The notes below the pieces were generated by a model. That model did not search any database and had not been told where the DNA came from. It worked only from the letters and a program-made list of their open reading frames with translations. The position numbers were made by a program, and so were the translations under genes. A DNA stretch of 63,449 bases, the filler included, from Basidiobolus meristosporus CBS 931.73 (lineage: Eukaryota > Fungi > Basidiobolomycota): assembly GCA_002104905.1 (NCBI GenBank). It is 3 parts of 3 records of this genome, joined end to end, with 100 filler letters (N's around TTAATTAATTAA, not from the genome) between each part and the next. Parts side by side here need not be neighbours in the genome. Positions count along the whole stretch, not along the records: positions 1 to 27,227 come from MCFE01000907.1; positions 27,328 to 49,151 come from MCFE01000984.1; 1 more part is not named here. One strand, 5' to 3'. Shown piece after piece: positions 23,338 to 35,598 of this stretch. How positions within the stretch are numbered: the first letter of the stretch is position 1; the number at the start of each line of letters is the position of its first letter.

Positions 23338-26300
23338 TGTTGTAAGAGTCTTGGAGATATTGGAAGTGATTTGGAGAACAAGTAGATTATGTAGTTTTCA
23401 CTTAATGATTTATTGAATGTAAAAGTAGTATTTATACTTTTACATGGTCTTGGCATTACAAACACGTAGAATAGGTTAAGGAAGGTCCCAAGAACATGTG
23501 TGCAAAGTTTGGGGCTGTTTGGACAACTTTGAGAATTTTCATGTTCTGGGTACTTGGTATTTTGGTGAAAATATTCTAAGTAAATCCCGACAAGGAATTT
23601 GGTCAGTATTCTCTAGGATTTGAAGGTGATGATCTAAGTGACTAAGTTAGGTGAATATTTAGGTGGAAAATACGAATTTTTACAACACTCCCACTCAGCT
23701 AAATGTTCATACTGACTAGTCCTAATTTTGACCTAAAATATTCAAACTTGTCTCTAGCTAATGGTTTGGTAAATATGTCTGCAATCATTTCATCTGTAGG
23801 ACAGTAAACTAAGCTAACTAAGTTATTCTCTATAGCTTCACGTATGAAATGATGTCTAATATCTATGTGCTTGGTTCTAGCATGAAAAGTTGGATTTCTA
23901 CCTAATTGTATACATCCTTGATTATCTTGAAATAAAGTAATAGGCGTTTTTTGACATAGGCCTAAATCTGTAAAGAGCTTTCTTAACCACATTGCTTCTT
24001 TTGTAGCTTCACAGGCTGCCATATACTCTGCCTCTGTAGTAGAAAGTGCTACGGTTGGTTGTTTTCTTGAATTCCATGAAATGGCTCCTTTACAGTAAAG
24101 AAAGGTGTATCCTGTGGTGGATCTTCTGTCTTCTAAATTTCGTCCCCAATCAGCATCAGAGTATCCCACAAGATCCTGTTCTGAATCCTTATAAGTGTAT
24201 CTTAAGCAGATATCAGCAGTTCCTTTTAGGTATCTAAAAATCCGCTTAACTGCTGCAATATGATCAGATCCATAATTCTGATTATGTTGGCTGACAACTC
24301 CCACTGAATATGAGATATCTGGACGTGTTCCAAGCATGATATACATCAGACTGCCGACCATAGATTGATAAGGAAAGTCAGGGCTTTCAGATGGCACCAA
24401 GCTCTCTTGATTTGGTTGAGTTTTGACCAAGTTAAGGTTTGTCTCCATTGGGGTAGCTGCCGGTTTGCAGTCTTCCATTTTGTACTTCTTTAGTATATCT
24501 TGAATATACTTGGATTGGCTTAGGGTAATAGTCTGGGTACTTCTGTCTATGGAGAACTTAATCCCTAAGTAGTAACTAAGTTCTCCTAGATCGGACATCT
24601 TGAACTCCTTAGATAGGCTGGATTTAGTCTCTTCCAATGTTTCTAGGTTATTGGCGGCTATAATAAGATCATCCACATATAGAGCTAATAGAACTGGATT
24701 TGCTCTATCTGGCTTATAGTATATACTATAGTCAGCATTACTCCTTTTGAAACTCAAAGATTCCAAATAAGAATCTATCTTGCAATTCCAGGCTCTCGGT
24801 GATTGTTTGAGACCATATAGTGACTTTTTAAGCTTGCAGACCAAATGGGGGTTATCTTGGTCAACAAACCCATCAGGCTGGTCCATATACACGTCCTCAT
24901 CAAGTTCTCCATTCAAAAATGCAGTTTTTACATCCATTTGATGAATAAAAAACTTATATTTGGCTGCAATAGCCAATATTAATCTGATGGAATTAAACTT
25001 GGCTACCGGTGCAAAGGTCTCAGTATAGTCAAGTCCTTTTGTTTGAGAGTATCCTTTGGCTACAAGTCTTGCTTTGTATCTTTCAATTGTACCATCAGCC
25101 TTGTATTTTGTCTTGAAGACCCATCTGCATCCAATTGATTTTCGGTTGATTGGTAATTTGACTAAGTCCCAAGTTTGATTTTCCATTAGGGCCTGATATT
25201 CCTCAGTCATTGCAGATCTCCAAAACTTTGTCTGAGGGCTATTTAGGGCCTCTTTTACAGTCTGGGGTTCATCAACATGGACTGAATAGGCATAGGCTAA
25301 GTTTGTACCCTCATTGATATAGTAATTTGGGCTATTTCTTGTCCGATTGGATCTCCGGGCATTTGATACTGGAATGATCACTTCTGGGATATTCCTGGGC
25401 ACTGATTCTGGCTGAACCACGGTTGTAGAGTCCTCTGGAGTGAAAAAATTTTCATTGTTTTGCTCTGATTCAATCCTGACAATTGGTGGACTTGAGATCA
25501 AATTTTCGTCATCATCTGATGTCATTTTTTGTGAAAATTTTGAATTTTCATCAAACAACACATCCCTGGACTTGATCAGCTTCTTTGCTTCGGTATTGTA
25601 GAGTCTGTATGCCTTACTCTCATTGCAGTAGCCCAAAAATATGCATTTTACACTTTTTGGCTCAAATTTTGACTGATTTCCGGCCAGTTTTTTGGCATAT
25701 GCTGTACACCCAAATATTCTTAGATGTTCTGCACTTGGTCTGTATCCATACCATGCTTCAAATGGAGTAGAATCACGAAGTATTCTGTTATAACTCCTAT
25801 TTTTAAGATATACAGCAGTGGCAACTGATTCCGCCCAAAAATCATAGGATAATTTTTGATCATGGATCATAGATCTTGCCATATCAATTATTGATCTGTT
25901 AGCTCGTTCTGCTACTCCATTTTGCTGTGGGGAGTATGGTACAGTAGTCTCTTGCTTTATCCCATGAATTTTGCAGAAGTGGATGAAGAGTTTTGAGGTA
26001 TATTCTCCACCATTGTCAGAGCGTATTTTCTTGATTTTTTCACCAGTTTCTCTCTCCACCATGGCTTTAAACTCCCTGAGCTTAGACAGAGCTTCTTCCT
26101 TTCTCTCCATGAAGTAGACCCATGTGTATCTTGTATAATCATCAATAAAAGTGATTAAATACTTCATCCCGCCTAAGGATAAATTTTGCATAGGTCCACA
26201 CAGATCTGAGTGAATTAGATCTAATTTTTTCTTAGTTTTGATTAACCCAGAGCTCTTGAACGGTTGTCTGGCTTGTTTCCCATATATGCAGGCTTCACAG

Positions 26301-27227
26301 TGCTCCAAATTAGCTGGGGGATCAATTTTCACTCCAGAAATTAGCTGATCTTTGATCATTTTACGCAAATAATCAAAATTGATGTGTCCAAATCTCCTGT
26401 GCCAAAGCATTGGTGTTTCTTCATTTAAGTTACTTATATTGGCTTCCAGATATGATGGAATATAAGTCAACTTGTATAGATTCTGATCTCTGATGCCCGA
26501 AGCAATATGAGCACCATTTTGATCAGTGATCCTGCATCCAGAATTGTCAAAACTGAAACTGAGTCCTTCTGCTGTGGCCTTGCTTACAGAGAGTAGGTTC
26601 TTGGCTATTTCTGGTACATAGAGTACTTCTTTAAAGGTCAGTGTATGGCTTCCTTCACTGCTTCTAAGGTTTACTTGGATAGTTCCTTCTCCCACTGCAT
26701 CAAGTGTTCTATCGTCACCCATGAAAACCTTCTTAATTGGAATTTCTTGATATTGGGTAAAAAGTTCTTTTTGGTGTGTAAAGTGTTGAGAAGCTCCAGA
26801 GTCAATATACCACGTCTGAGAATCCTTGTTTGTGGTCATATTTAGTGCAGATATGAATAGTCTATCTTCAGTTGTTGCAGCATTTCCATATTCAGGCTTC
26901 TTTTGCTGATAATCTCTCTTTTTGAAACACCGGTCTGATGTGTGTCCTTTCCTTTTGCAGTAGTTGCAAAATAGGTTGCTGTTGCCTTTGTAGGGTCTTG
27001 GGTACCTCCTTTGTTGGTTATCATTGCTTATTAAAGCATTTTCTTCTTCCTTCTTATTGGCGCTTGATTTTCTTAATTCTTCATCCAGGAGCCTTCCATA
27101 TACGTAATTTAAGGTCAAATCTTCAGTTCTGGACTCTAGGGCTGATACAAGGCCCTGAAACTCGTCTGTCAGGCTATTCAGGATGGTAACTATCACATCC
27201 TCATCAGTAGTTGGTACGCCCACAGAT
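23338..27227 (-). mobile_element. Young, probably autonomous Ty1/copia element, 5' end lost in gap
   Basis: 3' LTR 23338-23687 (TGTTGTAAGA...TTTTACAACA), PPT 23688-23697, uninterrupted ORF. Confidence 0.95.
23699..27227 (-). CDS. Copia gag-pol polyprotein (5'-truncated by gap, >1174 aa)
   Basis: CCHC CNYCKRKGHTSDRC, protease IDSGAS, HHCC (HRRFGH...CEAC), rve (SDNGGEY, QNGVAER), RT (QMDVKTAF, YVDD), RNaseH (DADW, DNQG), in copia order. Confidence 0.96.
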
Positions 27228-27327
27228 NNNNNNNNNNNNNNNNNNNNNNNNNNNNNNNNNNNNNNNNNNNNTTAATTAATTAANNNNNNNNNNNNNNNNN
27301 NNNNNNNNNNNNNNNNNNNNNNNNNNN
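27228..27327. other. Artificial contig linker N44-TTAATTAATTAA-N44
   Basis: Six-frame-stop 12-mer at 27272-27283 inside Ns, identical to 49152-49251. Confidence 0.97.
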
Positions 27328-30300
27328 ACGCTTATTACAGATTGCACACTCACAATATGTATTTATTACTCATGAATATTTTGTTGAGTGGGAGTGTTGT
27401 AATTATTGAATTGTCACCTAAATATTCATGCTAACTTAGTCACATAGATCTTATTCTGTGATTAGCATTCTGTCCTGACTAGATTTCTTGTCGGGATTTA
27501 CTTAGAATATTTTCACCAAATTGTCAGGTACCCAGATTATTATTTTTCTCAAAGTCGTCCAAAAGACCCCAAACTTTGCACACATATTCTTGGGACCTTC
27601 CTTAACAAACTCTACACGTTTGTTTCCTCTACTTTATCAAAAGTATAAATACCATACTTTTGATCAATAAATCTACAAGTGAATAACATGTAAATCCTCT
27701 AGTTCTCCACATCACTTCCAATACTCCTCAGAATATTGCAACAGGTTATGAGCCCCGAGCTTGCTGTCCTCTTGGTGTCTACTATGCTTTGGATCCTTTT
27801 CTGCTAGTCTGGAGAAAGACTTTCCGCACTATTGCTCTGCTAAGGTTAAAGAAGACTACCGCTGCTAAAGGACTATGTTTATGAGGATATTGCTGTGGAG
27901 AAGAAGGCCTTGCCTTTAAAAGATGCCTTCAGTAACTATCCAAGTTAGTTATGAAGAAGAGTCAATCAAACTGGCATGTAATTGTGTCAAGAAATATAGT
28001 ATGTTGGTGCTCTACCACTACTGAAGAAAATTGCATAATTCCAGCAATTGAGGGTCCAGATCTACAATGAAATATACTGCAATATGTATTCATATGACCC
28101 CAATTGACTGTTAGACGAGCTTTTGGATAGGATATTATCCTGAATTGCAAAAGAAAAAAATATAGATCATTATTAATGATTGCCGGAGGAGGATTTTACC
28201 AAAAATCTGTTGCCACTCAAAATACAGCTGAGAATGCAAATACTGGAGCTGTTAGCCGCCATTCTGGACTATCTACTGATGGAAAAAGATCTCAGAAACA
28301 AGCTTCCTGAATTGTAAGGATCCCAATGATATATGATACATATATATCCACCTGGAGTACAGATATGTACTACACAATCCATTAGAAGAATGCTATAATT
28401 GTATCAAGTGTTTTGATACTGAAACCAGTGTACCAGGAGCTAAATATGGAGCTGTTAGACGTGCTATCACTCTGTTTAAGTCTCAAAACAGTGGGAGAAA
28501 GTATTATACAAATTTAGCAAAATCAACTCATGAAGATTCTACCGCCAGCCAAAGGAGTGAAGCATATAATTGCAAGCCTGATTGGAGTATACAACCAAGC
28601 AACAGTTGGTCAGTACACAGCTAAGAGCCACTCAGAAGATAACACAGTACTTTATACTTGTTATATATATATCACTTATTACAGTGGGAGAAAACACTTG
28701 GTGATATTTAACTTCTCTGTATCAGATCAGAAGAATTTTGATTGATCAAGTCACCGCCAAGTTCTGCAACTCAAAATACTGATATATTGGAGTCTGATAC
28801 CAAAGTATTGATGAAGCTAGCTATCAAATGCAGTTTATTTGATCAAATTTGGTCAACTCTATCAAAAGTTATGAATGATCTAAGTGGATGCCGATTTTGA
28901 TTATTTCACTCTCAAATAGTCAGATATTCTGGAACAATGATGTCATGGAGACTCTTGTGCTCAAAAACACCGTGGTCCTACCTGCAAGGAAGTCCAGAAC
29001 CACCCCACAAAAGGAATTATCCCTGGGTCATCAGCAGAAAAAGAAAAGAAGAAAAAATGGAAAATACTACTACCGCAAACTAGGGTACATCCCAAATGGT
29101 GCCAAAACTTATGTAGGCCATATTTGGACTATCTGGCAATGCAGATATGTTCTATGGAGCCTCTTGTACGAAGTTCTCAAGCTAGAAACCCCAGAAGAGC
29201 CTTGAAACTTCAACAGGATCTGTTAGATATTGTAGTATATATTGGAACAGATTATTTAGTGCAGAAGTCTTGATGTCTGCTGTCTATGGAGCTGAAAGAA
29301 AAAGGTGCAAGGATCAACCAGATGGTTTTTATGGATCCTGAAGACACTGAGAAGATCAGTTAGCCTTGGAAACCGAGCTCAAGGTTGAAAATAACTATCA
29401 GGAGAATAAGGATAATCAAAGCCCTTGTTAAGGAGAATCTCACTTCTGGAAAAGCGCCAATCTCTATTCTACAAGTATATTCTGATAAGACAAAAGCAGC
29501 TGTATCAATCCAAATCAGTAGAAGCACTCTAAGAATAGCTACCAAACAACCCATGGTGTTGTCCAATACCAAACTGGGTAAATCAAGAAGCAAATGGACT
29601 TTGAATCTACCGCATATGAAGTAATCAGTCCAAAGAAAGTTATTGCTATTTAAAGAAGACAAAGATGACCATTCTAGATCATATTTGTGGATCTGAATCA
29701 CTAAACAGACGTGGTTCAAGTGGGAGCAGGCCATCCCAGCTCAGAGTTGAGCAAAAACCTTCTTTTTTTGGCCATGTTATATGTGCCACAGTGCCAGGAA
29801 ACAAGGATAATCCGGATCAGGCATAAATGACAAAACCTTAACTTGACCCAAAGTAGGTCACTATTTTTTACCTCATATAGCATCTATATGATGGAAGTAA
29901 CTGTCCCTGAGCCTAATATGGACACACAGTGAAGTTGTCTAAATGGATTAGACTGTTGGCCAGAAATAAGGAAACTCCAGATCTGCCGTAAATGACAAAA
30001 CCTTAACTTGACCAAAAGTGGGTCAATTTTGCTCAAATAAGAAGCATTGGATAGCCCAGAGGCTATATACCATTATTACGATCTGTCAATTAGACTCAGC
30101 TTATTATTCAAGCCCGTACAACTGATCAAAGTTGATGATTAGTATTATGATCAGATCATTCAGATTTTTAGGCATATTACTAAGTAGATATGCATACTGA
30201 ATTCCAAGTTACTTGTTCTATTAAGTTGAACACAAATGCATACACCTTTGGATAATATATTAGTCCAGTATGCAAAACAGTTAAATCTTATACGCTTATT

Positions 30301-33300
30301 ACAGATTGCACACTCACAATATGTATTTATTACTCATGAATATTTTGTTGAGTGGGAGTGTTGTAATTATTGAATTGTCACCTAAATATTCATGCTAACT
30401 TAGTCACATAGATCTTATTCTGTGATTAGCATTCTGTCCTGACTAGATTTCTTGTCGGGATTTACTTAGAATATTTTCACCAAATTGTCAGGTACCCAGA
30501 TTATTATTTTTCTCAAAGTCGTCCAAAAGACCCCAAACTTTGCACACATATTCTTGGGACCTTCCTTAACAAACTCTACACGTTTGTTTCCTCTACTTTA
30601 TCAAAAGTATAAATACCATACTTTTGATCAATAAATCTACAAGTGAATAACATGTAAATCCTCTAGTTCTCCACATCACTTCCAATACTCCTCAGAATAT
30701 TGCAACAGGTTATGAGCCCCGAGCTTGCTGTCCTCTTGGTGTCTACTATGCTTTGGATCCTTTTCTGCTAGTCTGGAGAAAGACTTTCCGCACTATTGCT
30801 CTGCTAAGGTTAAAGAAGACTACCGCTGCTAAAGGACTATGTTTATGAGGATATTGCTGTGGAGAAGAAGGCCTTGCCTTTAAAAGATGCCTTCAGTAAC
30901 TATCCAAGTTAGTTATGAAGAAGAGTCAATCAAACTGGCATGTAATTGTGTCAAGAAATATAGTATGTTGGTGCTCTACCACTACTGAAGAAAATTGCAT
31001 AATTCCAGCAATTGAGGGTCCAGATCTACAATGAAATATACTGCAATATGTATTCATATGACCCCAATTGACTGTTAGACGAGCTTTTGGATAGGATATT
31101 ATCCTGAATTGCAAAAGAAAAAAATATAGATCATTATTAATGATTGCCGGAGGAGGATTTTACCAAAAATCTGTTGCCACTCAAAATACAGCTGAGAATG
31201 CAAATACTGGAGCTGTTAGCCGCCATTCTGGACTATCTACTGATGGAAAAAGATCTCAGAAACAAGCTTCCTGAATTGTAAGGATCCCAATGATATATGA
31301 TACATATATATCCACCTGGAGTACAGATATGTACTACACAATCCATTAGAAGAATGCTATAATTGTATCAAGTGTTTTGATACTGAAACCAGTGTACCAG
31401 GAGCTAAATATGGAGCTGTTAGACGTGCTATCACTCTGTTTAAGTCTCAAAACAGTGGGAGAAAGTATTATACAAATTTAGCAAAATCAACTCATGAAGA
31501 TTCTACCGCCAGCCAAAGGAGTGAAGCATATAATTGCAAGCCTGATTGGAGTATACAACCAAGCAACAGTTGGTCAGTACACAGCTAAGAGCCACTCAGA
31601 AGATAACACAGTACTTTATACTTGTTATATATATATCACTTATTACAGTGGGAGAAAACACTTGGTGATATTTAACTTCTCTGTATCAGATCAGAAGAAT
31701 TTTGATTGATCAAGTCACCGCCAAGTTCTGCAACTCAAAATACTGATATATTGGAGTCTGATACCAAAGTATTGATGAAGCTAGCTATCAAATGCAGTTT
31801 ATTTGATCAAATTTGGTCAACTCTATCAAAAGTTATGAATGATCTAAGTGGATGCCGATTTTGATTATTTCACTCTCAAATAGTCAGATATTCTGGAACA
31901 ATGATGTCATGGAGACTCTTGTGCTCAAAAACACCGTGGTCCTACCTGCAAGGAAGTCCAGAACCACCCCACAAAAGGAATTATCCCTGGGTCATCAGCA
32001 GAAAAAGAAAAGAAGAAAAAATGGAAAATACTACTACCGCAAACTAGGGTACATCCCAAATGGTGCCAAAACTTATGTAGGCCATATTTGGACTATCTGG
32101 CAATGCAGATATGTTCTATGGAGCCTCTTGTACGAAGTTCTCAAGCTAGAAACCCCAGAAGAGCCTTGAAACTTCAACAGGATCTGTTAGATATTGTAGT
32201 ATATATTGGAACAGATTATTTAGTGCAGAAGTCTTGATGTCTGCTGTCTATGGAGCTGAAAGAAAAAGGTGCAAGGATCAACCAGATGGTTTTTATGGAT
32301 CCTGAAGACACTGAGAAGATCAGTTAGCCTTGGAAACCGAGCTCAAGGTTGAAAATAACTATCAGGAGAATAAGGATAATCAAAGCCCTTGTTAAGGAGA
32401 ATCTCACTTCTGGAAAAGCGCCAATCTCTATTCTACAAGTATATTCTGATAAGACAAAAGCAGCTGTATCAATCCAAATCAGTAGAAGCACTCTAAGAAT
32501 AGCTACCAAACAACCCATGGTGTTGTCCAATACCAAACTGGGTAAATCAAGAAGCAAATGGACTTTGAATCTACCGCATATGAAGTAATCAGTCCAAAGA
32601 AAGTTATTGCTATTTAAAGAAGACAAAGATGACCATTCTAGATCATATTTGTGGATCTGAATCACTAAACAGACGTGGTTCAAGTGGGAGCAGGCCATCC
32701 CAGCTCAGAGTTGAGCAAAAACCTTCTTTTTTTGGCCATGTTATATGTGCCACAGTGCCAGGAAACAAGGATAATCCGGATCAGGCATAAATGACAAAAC
32801 CTTAACTTGACCCAAAGTAGGTCACTATTTTTTACCTCATATAGCATCTATATGATGGAAGTAACTGTCCCTGAGCCTAATATGGACACACAGTGAAGTT
32901 GTCTAAATGGATTAGACTGTTGGCCAGAAATAAGGAAACTCCAGATCTGCCGTAAATGACAAAACCTTAACTTGACCAAAAGTGGGTCAATTTTGCTCAA
33001 ATAAGAAGCATTGGATAGCCCAGAGGCTATATACCATTATTACGATCTGTCAATTAGACTCAGCTTATTATTCAAGCCCGTACAACTGATCAAAGTTGAT
33101 GATTAGTATTATGATCAGATCATTCAGATTTTTAGGCATATTACTAAGTAGATATGCATACTGAATTCCAAGTTACTTGTTCTATTAAGTTGAACACAAA
33201 TGCATACACCTTTGGATAATATATTAGTCCAGTATGCAAAACAGTTAAATCTTATACGCTTATTACAGATTGCACACTCACAATATGTATTTATTACTCA

Positions 33301-33671
33301 TGAATATTTTGTTGAGTGGGAGTGTTGTAATTATTGAATTGTCACCTAAATATTCATGCTAACTTAGTCACATAGATCTTATTCTGTGATTAGCATTCTG
33401 TCCTGACTAGATTTCTTGTCGGGATTTACTTAGAATATTTTCACCAAATTGTCAGGTACCCAGATTATTATTTTTCTCAAAGTCGTCCAAAAGACCCCAA
33501 ACTTTGCACACATATTCTTGGGACCTTCCTTAACAAACTCTACACGTTTGTTTCCTCTACTTTATCAAAAGTATAAATACCATACTTTTGATCAATAAAT
33601 CTACAAGTGAATAACATGTAAATCCTCTAGTTCTCCACATCACTTCCAATACTCCTCAGAATATTGCAACA
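27328..33671 (+). mobile_element. Tandem array of a non-coding copia-derived LTR element (LARD-like), period 2964 bp, shared LTRs
   Basis: 349-bp LTRs at 27395-27743, 30359-30707 and 33323-33671, each preceded by PPT TGAGTGGGAG. PBS GGTTATGAGCCC follows the first two. The 2615-bp internals are identical by eye, with a gag-like 5' remnant and no long ORF. Confidence 0.88.
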
Positions 33672-34309
33672 GTGTGCTCTATCTCAAGATACAAAGTCAT
33701 GCATATACCTACTGGAATGAGGGATAAGGACTCCTGCACAAGCAAAGTGCAGTGAAACTTCATTTGAATGAGTTTTACAACAGCTTTGACAGTGTTGAAG
33801 TCTGATATAGAGTGTAGTTCTGAGATACAGATCATGATAGAGTAGGAAGAGTCAGCACAGTGCATGTCTGTAGGTCAGAGATCTGATAGCATTGAGCAAC
33901 TTTCTGAGTAGTCTGATATGTAGAACTTTATGGACATACAGTTAAGAGTCTGACTGAAGTGTGTGTAGTATACTGCTGCTGACAGTCTGTGCAGATAGCT
34001 AGCTCATACTCAGTAACACAAGTGACTGTATAGAGCATCTGTCAGCTTGTGACTGACTGATGAGCTGATGATCTGTAGCATACATTATATGCATTAGTGC
34101 TATGCTTGCTACTTGGCAGAGAAGCAGACACATATTCTAGGAGAAGGATAGGCCAATTAGTACTCATACCAAATTTGGTAATCAGTTATCTGCTAATTCC
34201 ACAAGGTATTACACCAAGAAATTTGACAGCAGAATACCAGCTGAATAGCAACAACATAACACTATAATGCCAGCAAAATACTGGCATATTACCAGTTGAA
34301 TGCCAAGTA

Positions 34310-34615
34310 TGGGACTTTTTGTATGAGTCACGGAAAACAGGGCAAGTTAAGCAGAAAAAGGGATATTCTTAGTGGTAGGTTGCATAGACTCATACAATCT
34401 TGAGATTGATTCAGTGCTAACATCCATGTCCATCAAGGTCAAGGTATCCATGATACGCTCCCAACTTCCAGTGTGCTTAGATACTCCTAAGGAGGAAGAG
34501 TATCAGATAGCATTTTCCCAGAGAGTCTTTATCTTTGGGTTAGGAAAGTGAAGGTATCTATAATTAGGGACTTCAATAATAGGTTTCCACTTGTGCATCT
34601 CTAAAGGCTGTGGCA
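34310..34615 (-). pseudogene. Fragment of ORF2 of the telomeric LINE group
   Basis: Translates KWKPII...YLHFPNPK...IMDTLTL...SISRLYESMQP, matching KWESIV...YLSFPNPK...IMSSLPL...VSRLYRAMRP of the 42444-46257 element. Confidence 0.7.
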
Positions 34616-35505
34616 GGCGATAATGTGCCGAAAATCAGGTATTCAGTGCCAGCTTGAACCGCTGCGCCAGCAACTCGCTTTCCTTGAGCAAATTCGCGTT
34701 CGCAGAGTTTATCATCATAGATACTCACAGTGACGGAAATGACAGCCTGAGTACCTTGGAAAGCACTTTGGATAGCTGTGGTATCATCCGCGTCTGCTTC
34801 TTCCCTTAGAAGCGAGGACTTATGCGGCTGGCTTGGAGGAATTACGAGTGATGGCTGTGGTTTACGGAGTGGTGGGAAGTAGAATTAACATATAGCAGCG
34901 GAAGTGCGGTTGAAGGCAATCTAAAGTTACTGTGTAAAACAAGCGAACACAGTGAGCTTTAGTACCATCGATATGGGAGAATAAAGCCCAGGACGCTTGG
35001 TTTCGCCATTGATTTGTTGACTCATAACCTGTGTTATTAGGCCAATCAATGGATCTGGCCAACGATGATACTAGCTGTGACTACTATCCACGGCCTAATT
35101 TCCTCCAAGTCCGAAGTTGGCGCTTTTCACACTGATTACTTCAGATGCTTCCATCTAGACGGCTTTTCTACCAGAAGTGACATGGAAGATTACAGGAATT
35201 TGCTTATAGCCTATCGATGAAGCGTACAAAATAGTAAGGGTAGGCTTAGCCATAGAGATAATAAAGGTTGGAGTTAAGTGAAAACAAGCAGGGTTAGGCT
35301 AAGCGAGGATGATTATCTATACCATTGATGCGGGTTATCCAGCAGCTTGAACTGCCACTGACGGTTTACTCTAGCTAGACACACACTATCGCTCCAACTG
35401 CATGTAAATCACAAATGTTATTGATTATCCGATACTTGATGATGATTGGTGGGATGATCGAGGAACAAGCTAGAATTTATGAGAAAAATGCGAATTTCAG
35501 TTTAA

Positions 35506-35513
35506 TATAAAAG
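35506..35513 (+). promoter_or_regulatory. TATA box of hsp70
   Basis: TATAAAAG ~90 bp upstream of the ATG in an AAATCACCATG context. Confidence 0.6.
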
Positions 35514-35598
35514 CGTCGCTAGCTCCGATACTGGTTCGACATTCAACACATTCTAATACCATATACTATTACATCTATTCTTAATTACATAAATCACC

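Noticed and set aside
27272-27283. TTAATTAATTAA palindrome (also 49196-49207)
   Set aside because: Synthetic six-frame-stop spacer inside N runs.
27962-32698. Short ORFs (62-124 aa) in the tandem element interior
   Set aside because: No recognisable domains; they recur only because the unit is duplicated.
35160-35500. Candidate heat-shock elements upstream of hsp70
   Set aside because: GAA/TTC units are present but not at clean nGAAnnTTCn spacing; not supportable by eye.
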